A stretch of 64,000 bases of DNA from Chiloscyllium plagiosum (taxonomy: Eukaryota), in NCBI RefSeq assembly GCF_004010195.1, contig NC_057748.1, positions 27,628,180 through 27,692,179 of the forward strand, read 5' to 3'. The notes beneath the pieces were generated by a model that worked only from the letters and a program-made list of their open reading frames with translations, was not told the DNA's origin and searched no databases. This document shows, piece by piece, positions 11,683-25,075 of this stretch (within the stretch, counting starts at the first letter, position 1; each line of letters starts with the position of its first letter). The position numbers and the translations under genes were made by a program.

Positions 11683-12239
11683 ATATACACAGATGAACCT
11701 CGATTTTTCAAACGAGACGGGCATTCAGTATTTCATTCGGGTAATTGATTATTCATACAATCAATTTGACCTTAAAGAAGGGAAGCCATTCTGATCGAAT
11801 GCTGTACTCTACCGGAGAGATTGAATAAATATATAGCTTTGACGAGTCTGCTATTTAAATGAACTAATCGTTGCATTCTGCAAATTGCACGTTAAACTGA
11901 GAAGGACTAAACCCTTACCATCACATAAATGTATGAAATCTCAGCATTAAGCAAGGTCCCCAACAGCTTCTAAAATCCCAAGAGCATTTATCAGTTTCCG
12001 CTAAACTCATTTTCATGATAGAAAGATAGAAGCACTGCCTTGCACATGCATTTACTTTCTCTGCCATTCTTTTCACGAACGGATGGTAAAGTGACGGAAA
12101 TAATGCACTTACTTTTGCAAAGGGCTGTGCAACTAACCTTCACGTTAAAGACACTATATGTGCATGGTGCACACATACTTAAAAGTCGCATCCCTACCGC
12201 TAGGTGGCGGTCTAACCGAAATATCCGCATGGTAAACAT

Positions 12240-12590
12240 GCGTGCATGCACACACACACAATCAAACACACGCACACACATCCCTGCATCTGAGGGGTGC
12301 TCCAGCTAAAACATACATGTAAACACACACACACACACACATTTAACCCTGCTGCTGGGCGGTGCTGTAACTGAAATCTGCATATGGTACACGCTCATAT
12401 ATACACAAGCTCATCCCTGCCGCTGGTTACACTCTAACTGAAATATATATTTGATGTACATGCACACACACACACATGCACATCCCTGCCACTTGGTCGT
12501 GCTGTAACGGAACTGACCTACATGTTATACACTACACACACACACTCCCTCTCTCTCTCTCTCTTCCCTGACACTAGGTTGCGATGTGTT
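12240..12590 (+). repeat. Degenerate CA-spaced repeat (catccctgctgctgggtggtgctgtaactgaaat)
   Basis: The motif recurs several times here and at about 15700-16000, 26130-26560, 27850-27960, 37860-38020 and 39480-39600. Confidence 0.65.
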
Positions 12591-13469
12591 CTACTTTTCC
12601 CCAAAACTTTTACATTCTGAATCGTTCTGTATACCTGAACTGTTTGAAACAATAGATTGTGCAGCACCTGTTTGCAATGAGTTATTCCAAGTAAGATACA
12701 TCGTCTGAGGAACGCTTATTGGACCCGAGATATTTATTTCGATTTCTTGTCACAGATGCTGCCAGACCTCTGGAGATTTTCCAACGACTTCTGTTGTTGT
12801 TTCTGCTTTGCAGACTCCATAGTATTTTCGGTTTTTATTTGTTATTTGGGGTATCTGTGTTCTTAATTATTTGTCACATTAGACTTCTTAAATTTTGATT
12901 CATTATTGGCACATGCATCGAGGTACACTGAAAAGTTTTGTTATGTGAGCAAAAGAGGTAGATCATATCATATAAAGTGTACTAGGGTAATAGAACAGAA
13001 TGAGAAAAATAATGTTATGCATGCAGAGTAGGTGCACAAAGAGCAAGATCATTAAGAGATTTATAATTTGAGGGGTTCATTCAGAAGTCTGATAACAGCA
13101 GGGAAGAAACTATTCTTGAACCTCTTCCTGCGAACATTTAAGCCTTTGTATCTTCTGTTCGATGGAAGAGATTAAAACCAGGTTGGGAGGTGTATTTGAT
13201 TATGTTTGCTGTCCTGCCGAGGCTGCGAGAAATATAGATGGAGTCACTGCATGGAAAGTTAGCTTGTGTGATATACAGGAATGTGTTACAACTCGCCATT
13301 GTTTCTTACTATCCTGGGCAGGTTAGTTGACAGACCAAGACATGAATTATCTGAAACAAATATTTTCAATGTTACATCTGTAATAATTGATAAATGGCTT
13401 AATTGACATGCCAAATTTCCTTAGCCTCCTTACGAAGTAAGGTGCTGTCCTGCTTTCTCTATTATATTA

Positions 13470-15420
13470 ACAACGTGGGTGGACCATCCATGTGCTGAGC
13501 CAAGAGTCGTTTAAATGTCCATAATGTACCTGGCATTTCTGGCAGTGCATTCCACCACTCTCAAAGAACAAACCTCCGACATTTCCCGTAAACCATTGTC
13601 CAATCACCTTAAAATTCTGTCCCCTCGTGATAGCCATTTCCGCCAAGGGATAAACAAAGTCTCTGGTTATCCACACTTTCTTTGCCTCTCATCATCTTGC
13701 ACACCTCTATCAAGTCATCTGTCATCCTTCTTCGCTCTAATGAGAGAAGCCCTAACTCCCTCACCCTTTCTTCATAAGACGTGCCCTCCAGCGTCAGCAG
13801 CATCCTGGTAAATCTCATCTGCACTCTCGCTGCAGCTTCCACATCCTTTCTGGAATGAAGCGATCAGAACGCAACACAATATTCGAAATGTGGTAAAGCC
13901 AGGGCTTCATAGAGCTGCAGTTCAACCTCACAACTCTTAAACTCCATCCTCCTGCTAATGAAAAGCAACATATATTACGCCTTCTTAACAACCCTATCAA
14001 CTTTTGTAGCACCTTTGAGGGGTATATGGACCAAGATCCTGCTTTTCCTCCGCACTGCCAAGAATCCTGCCTTTAACCGTGTAATTTGCATTCAAATTCG
14101 ACCTTCCAAAATTAATCACTTCACATTTTTTTTCCAGGTTAAACTCCATCTGCCAATTCTCTGCCCAGCTCTGCATCCTGTCAATGTCCCATTGCCATCA
14201 AGTAGGGGAAAGTGAGGAGTGGAGATGCTGGAGATAAGAGTCGGAGAATGTGGTGCTTGGAAAAGCACAGCCGGTCAAGCAGCTGAGAGGCAGGAGCATT
14301 CCTGATGAAGGGCGTATGCTCCAAACGTGCATTCTCCTGCTCCTAGAATGCTGCCTGACAGGCTGTGCTTTTCCAGCACCACACTCTTCAACAATGTCCC
14401 ATTGCAGCCTACAACAGCCCTTCACACTATCCAGAACTCCACTAAACTGTGTGTCGTCAGCAAACGTACTAACCATCTTTCCACTTCCTCATCCAATACA
14501 ATTAGAACAATCCCAAGGAGCAGAGTCCCAGAATAGATCCCTGAGGAGCACCACTGTCACTGAGCTCGAGGCGAAATACTTTCCATCTACCACCCCCTCT
14601 GTCGTCTATGGGCCAGTCAATTTTGTATCCACGCAGCCAGATTTCCCTGATTCGCATACCTCCTTACTTTCTGAATCAGCCCACCGTGGGAAACCTTATC
14701 AAACGCATTGCTAAAAATCCACGGACACCATATCCACTGCTCTACCTGCTTTGTCACATCCTCAGAGAGTTCTGTAAGTTTTATGAGGCACGACCTGCCC
14801 TTTACAAAGCCAAGCTGGCTATCTCTAATCAAACTATGGTCTCCTAAGTAATCATAAATCCTATCTCTCAGAATCATCTGTAATAGTTTGCTCACCACAG
14901 ACATTAGACGGACTGGTCTGTCATTCCCACTGTTACTCAATTCTTGAACAAGGAAGTAAGATTTGCCATCCTCCAATCATCTGATGGTATTCCAGTGAAC
15001 AGTGAGGACGCAAAAGTCATCACCAATGGTGCAGCAACTTTGCACCCGTGGTAATGTTGGGTATAGCCTGTCTGTCCCAGGGGTCTCATCTATCCTCATG
15101 TTTTTCAAAATGCCCAGCGCATCCTCTTTCTTAACAACGCATTCGAGCGTATCAGCCAGTTTCACTGTGACATCATAAATGACATGCTCCCTCTCACTGG
15201 TGAATACTGAAGCAAGGAACTCATTCAGGACCGTCCCTCCCTCCTCCTCCACGTCCACTCCAATATCCATGATCGGCCCTACCATCACTCTGGCCTCCTG
15301 TTGTTCCTCACTTAAGTGTAGAACGCCTAGGGGTTTTTTTTTCCCCTCAATCTTAACCGCCAAGGCAATTTCATGGCCCATTATCTCCCTCCTGAGTTTG
15401 TTGGTGATCATCATTCCAGG
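13470..15420 (-). mobile_element. Decayed CR1 LINE ORF2
   Basis: QLGFVKGRSCLIKL, AFDKVSHG, STFADDT and ARVQMRFTRMLL on the minus strand. Confidence 0.9.
14200..14391. mobile_element. Palindromic Penelope-like terminus nested in CR1
   Basis: Inverted arms around cctgatgaagggcgtatgctccaaacg. TSD CAATGTCCCATTGC at 14182 and 14392. Confidence 0.75.
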
Positions 15421-17288
15421 AACATGACACTTTCAACCATCTCTACCTGACCACCACTAATGCAGAAAGATACACTAAAAAGTGTTTTCTCAACACAATC
15501 CCCCACATTTTGATTGCAGAAAGAATTAAAAAAAATCACAGAAGTGCTGTTCGTCATTTGTACAAGGCACCTTCAAACACACCTTCAGGGCTTCTGTTCG
15601 GACTCTGCACGGTGTTCCCGGCCTCGAGTGTTTCCAGAATAAATGGGTGTCTAAATTCTTCCCAATACTCCGCACAGATCTGCAGTTTCATGTTATTATC
15701 GCACTGTGACTGATATACCTAGTTCCCTCCTACTGGTTTGAGTTGTAACTGATATTCCGTACATTGGACACACTGTCCTCATCCCTGCAGCGAGGTGGCG
15801 ATGTGATATATATGTATTTATATATATCCTTTTATGACGATGTAGCACATACTCATCTCTGATGCTGTAACTGGCATTTATCCTTATTACTGCTGCTGGC
15901 TTACTCAGCAACTGATATCCATCTCAAGCCCATCGGTGTAGGTCGCTGAGATACATAACGCCATTCCTGACAATAGGAGGTGCTATGAACTTTGTCCATC
16001 TTCATCACAGATAGTGGGGGGAGCTGGAACTGACGATTTATTTCCCCATACTCGGCACTGTCCTTACATTCTCAACAGTTTTGCACAGCTTCAGCGATCG
16101 AAATAATTGATCGTGCACCTTTTGCAACCCTGTAGCAAGGTCTTCAAATGTTTGCTTTCTTGTCATTCCATTTTTTTTAATGTGCAAGTTTTAGGAACAA
16201 GATCATAGAGGCAGTAAGTCAAGAAGCTGGACAGCACAGAAACAGACCCTTCGATGCAAGTCGTCCATGCCAGCCGGATATCCTGATCTGATCCAGTCCC
16301 ATTTGCCAGTATTTGGCCCATTCAAAAAGCTTCATTTTTATGTATCCATCCACATGCATTTGCAATGCTATTATTGTATCAGGCTTAACCAATCCCTCTG
16401 GAATTTCGTTGTGCACGCACCCACCAACCCTTGTGTAAAAATGTTGTACACTTTTAAATCTTTAAACTCTCACCATAAACCTATGCACTCCATTTTTGGA
16501 CTGCCTACTCTGGTAAAAAGAAACCGTGGCTATTCAAACGATCCATACCCCTCATCATTTTATACATCTCTACAAGGTCACCACTGAGCCTCACTTCCTT
16601 TGATCTGCAGTGTTACAGACCCAGCACGGGGACAGAACCAAATAACCTTGTACCTGTGGATTCAAAATGTAGTGAAAGTAAAATCTTGAAACATCATCAA
16701 AGTTAACCCCAAATGAATCCGAGCCAGACATATTTGAATACGAGTCTCAGACTTGATGAATAATCAATTCTCAATACTAATTGTATCTTAAACAAAAGAC
16801 GTAGGAAATGATTTAAAATGCACAAACGTCAGTAGAATTAGACTGAATAACAAAGTAATTGGTCTATGTGATAAACCTTACGTTTTCATTCCCATTCACA
16901 GAAAAGACAGGCAGACAATTGCATACAGTGAAGGTGTCAAACATTAAAACAAAATCGAATCATATTACAGCATTGGTGTTTCATGCTGTGTTGTTCCAAA
17001 GTCATAGGACAATGTCTTCTTGGTTGATGCTCAAGGTGTCCATCAAGTTCACTTCTCCAATTCACTCCGATTAAGGCAGTTAGGACTAAGACAGAATTTT
17101 CTATTCTCTGCACTTTCGACATTTGAAAAAGGGGGCTTGTCTGGGAACCTTCAAACCTTCATGTTGTAGCATTAAGTGCAAAAATCCCTTTTGTTCATTG
17201 AAGACAGTTTCAAACACAATTGGAACTCTGACTACACCTTGAAAGTATGACCCTCTCCTCCTCGAGATCCCAGTTGCCATTCAGCATA

Positions 17289-17598
17289 TGGTGGGCAGCA
17301 CGGTGGCACAGTGGTTAGCACTGCTGCCTCACAGCGCTGGAGACCAGGGTTCAATTCCCGCCTCAGGCGATTGACTGTGTGGAGTTTGCACGTTCTCCCA
17401 GTGTCAGCATGGGTTTCCTCCGGTTTCCTCCCACAGTCCAAAGATGTGCAGGTCAGGGTGAATTGGCCATGCTAAATTGCCCGTAGTGTAGGGTAAGGGG
17501 TAAATGTAGGGGTATGGGTGGGTTGCGCTTCGGCAGGTCGGTATGGCCTTGTTGGGCCGAAGGTCCTGTTTCCACACTGTAATGTAATCTAATCTAAT
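17289..17598 (+). mobile_element. tRNA-derived shark SINE (HE1-like), full length
   Basis: A box TGGCACAGTGG, B box GGTTCAATTCC, CR1-like 3' part and taatctaatctaat tail. Absent from the homologous position in the other units. Confidence 0.9.
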
Positions 17599-18003
17599 AT
17601 GCCATCTGCTTGAGCAGAAGGTATTTTCCACATTTGCAGGAAAACAACTTACCCGGTATTGACCTCATTAATGGTCATGTGTTGCTCTCTGTTTAAGCTC
17701 TCTTCCCTGTTTACGAGTCAACTTCAGAACCTTTTGATCAGGAACCAAACCGTAAGTAACTTCCAAGCCTGCCTTAAGAAATAGACGTAAGCTTTGTTTT
17801 GGTCTGTTCTCCTTTCAATACAAGCTGTTACCCAGATTCGGAATGTCATTTATGACTCACCGTTCACAGCTCCAAACCAACATTGATAAATGATTTAAAA
17901 TAAAAACGATGAAATATTATGGAGGGTACTAAGAGATGGAGAATTCTTTAGCATTCCTTTCCTGGATTAAGTGCCCCTCTGACGTTTTTGGTTTCCCTGA
18001 CAG

Positions 18004-18055
18004 CAAACGTTGATACTGTGCTATGTTCCCCAATGTCCCGCCTCCCCTACTATTG
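18004..18055 (+). pseudogene. Decayed HAAF-like terminal exon (unit B)
   Basis: cctgacag|caaacgttgatactgtgctatgttcccc aligns to 4488 onward, with deletions removing RRWQY. Confidence 0.75.
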
Positions 18056-18791
18056 CTTCGCACTCCCCACAGAAGGGCAGTTAGTGATACTTGCATCAAC
18101 GTCCAGGCCTTGGATATTTTTGGAATTTAAACTTATGCATGGGGTGGAAGTGGGGGTTAGGAACTGGTTGTTTGGTGGGAGAATGTTCATGGGGAATTCT
18201 TCATGGCAATGCATCAGCCAAACGGAGCTGGCAGATATCCAACGTCCCCCATTTCTCTTGCGGTTTCAATGATTGCTCCTTTGAAATGTCGCATTGTGTC
18301 TTGTCCTGCTCAATGCATGATGGAAGTTTTTGACAGCTTCAGTAAGACAATGTAGTATATCGGATATGGGGCACAACGAGGCCATTCAGCTCATAACAGA
18401 CCACGTCAGTGCTGATGCTCCAAGTGAATCACCTTGAATCGTTTCCCATTTATGTTTGCTATTGGGTCTCTTTCTTCCCACGTCTATCCCACTTGCCTGT
18501 ATTCCTCACAAATGAATCGATACCATCCACTTCATTGTCACCCATTCCCATCGGGACCAAGTTCTACATTCTCACCACTCTTTGACTGAGAAAATGGATT
18601 CAAAAGGGGTAGGAGGAGACCATTCAGCCCCGCGAACCTCTTCAGCACTTCAATACAAGATTTTGACTAACGTGTGACTCAACTCCCTCAAACCAACGTA
18701 TGTTTCCTGAAATGTTTAATCTCCTTATCCAACACAATCAATGCAATAAGTTAGGCTGGGAGTGGCTGGAGAAATGGCAATACCTGAACCG

Positions 18792-19075
18792 TCGGCATGG
18801 TGGCTCAGTGGTTAGCACTGCTGCATCACAGCATCAAGGTCCCAGGTTCGATTCCAGCCTCAGGTGCCTGTCTGTGTGCAGTTGTCACAATCTCCCTGTG
18901 TTGGCGTGAGTTTCCTCCCATAGTCCAAAAATGTGCAGGCCAGGTGAATTGGCTCATGCTGAGTTGCGAGGTGCATTAGTAAGAGGGAAGTGAGCCTGGG
19001 TGGGTGACTCTCTGGAGTGTCAGTGTGGACTTGTTGGGCAGAAGGACATGTTTTCACACTGTGGGGAATATTCAA
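18792..19075 (+). mobile_element. Older tRNA-derived SINE
   Basis: tggctcagtggttagcactgctgc...ggttcgattcc head followed by a diverged body. Confidence 0.8.
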
Positions 19076-20269
19076 TCACACGCCTGACTTGTGCCTTGTT
19101 GATGGTGGACAGGCTTTGGAAGGTTAGCAGGAGAGTCAAACGCTGCATAGTTTGCAGGCTCTGTCCTGGTCTTGGAGCGACCTGATTTTGAGACTGTTTT
19201 CATTTTAAGATTAGACTTGCTTCACTGGGTGCAGTCCAACAATACTCGAGAAGCTCGACACCAGCCAGGATAAGGCAGCCACTTTAGTGGCACCACAATC
19301 CTAAATATCCACTCCCTCCACCGCTCAGCAGCAGTAGTATGTACAATCTACAAGACAAACTCCAGCAACTCATCAAGCGTACTTAACACCTTGCAAACAT
19401 CTAACCTCTGACCACTAAAGAGGTAAATGCGTCAGATACACGGAGCACCACCACATGTAAGTTACCCTTCAAAACACACATTCGAACTGGGAAATAATCC
19501 TCAGTGTGACTGTGTCAAAATCCTCGAATTATCTCGCTAACTGCAGTGTGGTTGTCCATATATCATCCAGGGCCTATGGAAGTTCAAGGAGGTGCCTCAC
19601 CACCACTGTCTCAAGGGTGAGATAATAAAAAAAATTGCCCAGACAGCAACACCCACATCCCCTGAAAGAATAACGCAAACTAAAAAGCGTTTAGTTTATG
19701 GAAGCTTGCTGGGCACAGATGGGCTGCCACGTTAGCGTCATCACAACGTGTCACACTACTAAATGTAACTCATTGGCTGTCAATCACGCTGTGACATGCT
19801 GTGGGTTTTGCAAGGCGCTTATATGAATACAACTTTCTCACTTGTCCTGAGGGAGCAGCCTGCAAGTCACCAGACATGACATCTTGAAGTACTGCGATGG
19901 AACTGAAAGTCAGAGGGGGACAACGAAGTGCTATTGGCAGCTCCAGACCAACACTGACTTTAGAAGTTCTTTTTCTTTAAGTCACAAATGTAATTGGGTT
20001 TTGATAAATGCAGTCACTGGCGAGGGTATGGAGGGCAATTGACGAGAATGGGACCATGGACGAGGGGCTTCAGTTTAAATTTCGACCTCCCCCCTCCTCG
20101 CTCATGAAATCTACCACGGCAGTAACTTTGCAGATTTTATTCTCCTTCAGCAAACGGATGATTTTTCAAAGGCCCTTAGTTCCAGAAGAGGAACACACGT
20201 GATTTCTCCGGATGTTCTCAACCGTTTTTCAAGAAACAGGTTATATCAAGAAAAGACTTCTTCAAGACG

Positions 20270-23020
20270 GGGAGAGAATGTAGAGATGGGAGGGGTGAAT
20301 GGGCTTGGGGAGGGGAAAGAGGTTGCGTGACGAAAAGGCTGGAGGAGGCAAAAGCTTGGGAGAGGCTGGCAGCGGCTGCAGATATCGGACGCAGCGTAGC
20401 AGCGACACAAGATCACAGAGGTAGGGAGGGATGGAGGAGCTGGAGAAGGCTTCAGTGATAGGGAGGACTGCAGCTTCTAAAGGATGTTACAGATATGAAG
20501 AGACGTGCTGGAGAGGTTACATGTAAAGGGAGATTGTAGGATGTGGGAGCTGGAGGAACTTGCAGAGACAGTGCTGAGTTTTGAGACTGGAGGGAGTACT
20601 GAGATATACTGATAGAGTTATGCAGCCTGGATACTCACCCTTTGGTGCAAATCATTCAGATATGCTGAATTTAATCTAATCCAATTTTCCAGCATTTGGC
20701 ACATATCCCTCTAAATCCTTCCTTTTCATGTACCCATCGCAATGCCTTATAAATATTATAATTGCACCCACCTCTACCACTTCTTCTTACAACTTGTTAT
20801 ATATCGTCTTTGAAACACTTGTCCCTCGGGTCCCTTTGAAATCTTCTCCTCTCACCATAAAACTATACAGTCTAGTTTTAGGCTACCCTAACCTGGGGAA
20901 AGAGACCTTGGCTATTCACTCTAAACAGACTCCTCATGATTTTAACAATCTCTGCAAGGTTTGTAAATCTCTCAGCCTCCGACGCTCTCGGTTCAATAGC
21001 CTAAGTCTATTCAGCCTCTCCATGCAGGTCAAACTCTCCAAGCCCGGTAACAAACTTGTGAATTTTTTTTTCTGAACCCTATCAATTTTAACGACATCTT
21101 TCCTGCAGCAGAATTCAATGCAGCATTCTAGAGTGGCCCAACCAATGTACAGCTGCAATATGACTTCGAACTACATATACTCAATGCACTGATTAATGAA
21201 GACAGGCATGCCAGAGGCCTTCTTCACCATCCTATCTATCTGCGACTCCACGTTTCAGGATCTGTACACGTGTAGCCCCAGATGTCTTTGTTTGGCAAGA
21301 CTCCTCAGGGTTCCCCGTTAACTTTCACTCCTGCCCTGATTTGCCTGGGCAAAATGGGATGTAAGGGTTGGAGGAGTTTATAAATTTAGGGAGTGAATTG
21401 TGACTGGAGAAAGTGAGAAAGAGAGAGCAGTAGGCTGTAGGAGCAGGAGGAGGTTACAATGATAGGGAGGCGTCTAGGCCTTTAAAAAATGTTTCACGAT
21501 AGGGAAGGAGTGTCTCAGCTGCAGAAGTGATTAGAGATAGACCGATCGTAAGGTCCTGGAGGAGATTGAAATGATAGGTAGATGTTTCACTGCAGGAGGG
21601 GTTTGCAAACTGGAAATTCTGTTGGGTGTGGAGGAGGTTAGAGAGGTAGGGATAGGTGCAAGGGCTCAAGGAGGTTGCAGAGTGGGGAAGGGCTGTAGCG
21701 GTTGGAGAAGGTGAGAGAGATTAGTAGAGTGAAGAGTGAGATCAGAGGACGTCAAAGATTTAGGTAGGGGGTATTGGAGGTGCCGGAAATTACAGAGATG
21801 GGGAGGGATATAGGGCTGGAGTTAATTGCAGAGATAAGGAGAGGTGTAGGGATTGGAGGGTGTGACAGAGATAGTGAGAGGTATAGGAACTGGAGGGCTG
21901 CCAGTTGGAGGGTGTCGCAGTTGGAGGAGGTGACCGAAATTGGGAATAGCGTTGATGTTAAAAGTAGTTACAGAGGTAGGGAGGAAGGTAGGGGCGAATG
22001 TGGGGGTCTCTGGGAGGTAGGACAAAATGGATGAAGGAGCTGCACAAAATGGCGTCTGCATTGCTAAACTAAATTGCAAAAAAAACAGCTAGCGACAAAA
22101 TGGTTCACTATGCGTGACTACTGGGCGATTGGTGATATCTGGGGAATGGTATTGTGATATGAGGTGGCTACAGAGGTAGGGATTAACAGAGGCAGGGAGT
22201 GGTGTAATGTTCAGAGGATGTTATACAGATAGGGAGGTGTTGTGCGTGGAGGGGATGGCACAGACACGGAGGGTTGTTGGACTGGTGGAGATAACAGGCA
22301 GGGGTATAGGGATCAAAGGCGATTACTGCAAAAGGTAAAAGTGCAGGCAGTGATATGAAAAGTGAGGATTCTCGGGTCTAGAGGAAGTGCCAGAAACAGG
22401 GAAAGGAAGGGAAAACTGAAGGACAGTATGGAGATAGGGCGGGATATTGGGGGCTGGAGGAGGAAAACGAGATTGGAAGCGGTTCAAGTGCTGAAGAAGT
22501 TAACTGAGATCACAGGAGTTGGAGGAGCACATAGTGATTGGATGAGATGCATGCATCGGAAAATGTTAAGCAGTTAGGGAGTGGTATAGGGTCTGGAGTA
22601 ATTTACAGAGAAGGGGAGGGCTTCTGTAGCTGGATGTGTTTCCAGAGTTAGGGAGAGGCAAATGGACTGAAGAAGGTTTTAGAGGTATTGGGGCGTATAG
22701 GGCCTGGAGGAAGTAACAGAAGTAGGAAGTGGCATTGGAAGTTTGCAAGGTGCTTGGGATAAGGAAGGATTTAGATGATTATAGAGATAGTGAGGTGTTT
22801 ATGGTCTCGAGATGGTTACAGAAATCTAAATGGATATCGGGGCTTCTTGTGATGACAGCTATAGTAAAATGTATAATGGTTTATAAGGTGACAGCGATTG
22901 GGAGGTGTGCAGGAGCTGGAGAAGTTTAGAGTGATATGTAGGTGTACAGGAGATGGGAGGTGTTAAAGAGATAGAGAGAGTTGTAGGTGCTGGATAAGTG
23001 AAAGCTGGTGTGAGATCTGG
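20270..23020 (+). repeat. Degenerate purine-rich minisatellite (unit B), interrupted by a minus-strand CR1 fragment at about 20610-21355
   Basis: Same motif as 7100-8215. The CR1 piece reads DRVQKKKFTSLLPGLESL on the minus strand. Confidence 0.75.
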
Positions 23021-24077
23021 TGTGAGTGATTGTGAACAACAGTGAGCTGCAGACTGAGAGAGTCCAGAGGACGAACGCCAATCCCCACTTTGGGTATTTC
23101 GAGTCCTGCAGTCTGTTTGTGTAACTGTGTGACATGTCTGAGAATGTGATGGTGTAGTGGAGCCTCTGCATTTTCCCTCCTGCTCGTGGGTAAAACCGTG
23201 GCCGCCTGTGTGAAGTTTAAGAGCTGACGACAGATTGTTCCACGGGGTGGTGCTGCTGCTGCTGCTTCTAATCGCTCAGTGATCAGCTCTTCCACCGACA
23301 CACAACTTCCTTTCCCTTCCATCTCGAGCGACAGACCACACCTCCCGCAGCCCCTCGCAAACAGGCTGAAAATAGCATCGCTTCGGCTGTCGAGAGCTAA
23401 AGTGAGGAACTCGAAACTCTCCCCTGGCCTCCCGGGTCACCCGAGATCGAGGGATCGCATTGCATTGAACTCAGATGCAGATGCAGTCTTGAAACTGTCT
23501 TTTTAACTCTTTGAATCATCATTGAGGTGGCTTTAATCAAACTGCTAATGGATTGTTGTTGTTGTACAGCAGCTTGAGAAGGAGCAAAGCTTAAATTTTT
23601 TTTCGAAGACTTCATCAAAGAAAGAAAAGGTCATTTAGCTCTACCGTCTTTCTTCACCATTCATTACAATGATGGATGATTGTTTCACAACTCCAGTTTC
23701 TTATCCCATATCCCTGGATTCATTTAGTGTGCAAAGTTCTACAAATTACAATCTTCCACAGGCATCGAGACTAACGACTAACTAGCGAATGAATTTATCT
23801 TCGTCTCAGCCCAACGTAGCTGCTTTCCATCCCAGCCCTTTCAGGAATATACTGCTTTTCTATTCAGCCTTGCTATTCCACGTCAAAGCCAACGAGGTTT
23901 GTATCCTCATGTCGTCCTCTGCAGAGTTCTTGTCACTCGGCAGTTGTACTGTTACAGATTTAAAATCATTGCAATACAAAGGCCAGCAGTGCATCTCCTC
24001 TGGCAAGGGTGCTGACTCAAAGCAGGGTTCTGAAGGGATAAGATTAATAGTTCGAAAATAATTGGAGAGGTCAAACC

Positions 24078-25075
24078 ATCATGTCTCACGAACTTGATTG
24101 AGTTTTTTGAAGAAGTAACGAAGAGGATTGATGAGGGCAGAGTGGTGGACGTGATCTATATGGAGTTCAATGAGGCGTTCAACAAGCTTCCCCATGGAAG
24201 GCTGGTTAGCAAGGTTACATCACATGGAATACAGGGAGAACCAGCCATTTGGATACAGAACTGTGTGGTGGAGGATTGTTTTTTCAGACCAACGACCTGT
24301 GACTAGTGGATTGCCACAAGGATCGCTGCTGGGTCCACTACCTTTCGAGATTTATATAAATGATTTATATGCGAGCATAACAGGTATAGTTAGTAAGTTT
24401 GCAGATGACACAAAAATTGGGGGCGTAGTGGACAGTGAGGAAGGTTACTGAAGACTACAACGGGATCTTGATCAGATGGGCCAATGGGCTGAAGAGTGCC
24501 AAATAGACTTTAATTTAGATAAATGCGAGGTGCTGCATTTTGGGAAAGCAAATCTTAGCAGGACTTATACACTTAATGGTAAGGTCCGAGGAAGTGTTGC
24601 TCAAAAAATAAAGTTCATAGTTACTTGAAAGTAGAGTCGCAGGCAGATGGAATAGTGAAGAAGGCGTTTGGTATGCTTTCTTTTATTGGTCAGAGTATTG
24701 AGTATAGTTGTTGGGAGGTCATGTTGTGGCTGTATAGGACATGGGTTCGGCCACCTTTGCAATATTGCTTGCAATTTGGGTCTCCATCCTATCGGAAAGA
24801 TGTTATGAGAATTGAAAGGGTTCAGAAAAGATTGACAAGGATTTTGCTAGGGTTGGAGGAGTTGAGCTATTGGGAGAGGTTGAATAGGCTGTGGCCGTTT
24901 TCCCTGGAATGTTGGAGGCTGATGGGTGTCATTACAGAGGTTTATAACATCATGAGGTGCATAAATAGGATAAATAGACAAAGTATTTTCCATAGGTGGG
25001 GGAGTGAAGAACTTGAGGGCATTGGATTTGGGTGAGTGGAGTAAGATATAAGAGCTAAGGGGCAATCTTTTCATG
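24078..25075 (+). mobile_element. CR1 LINE ORF2 fragment
   Basis: IEFFEEVTKRIDEGRVVDVIYM, GLPQGSLLGP, SKFADDTKIGG and IERVQKRLTR. Confidence 0.92.

Noticed and set aside
17289-17370. tRNA gene
   Set aside because: The A and B boxes belong to a SINE head that continues into a body and tail and recurs at 7211 and 18792.
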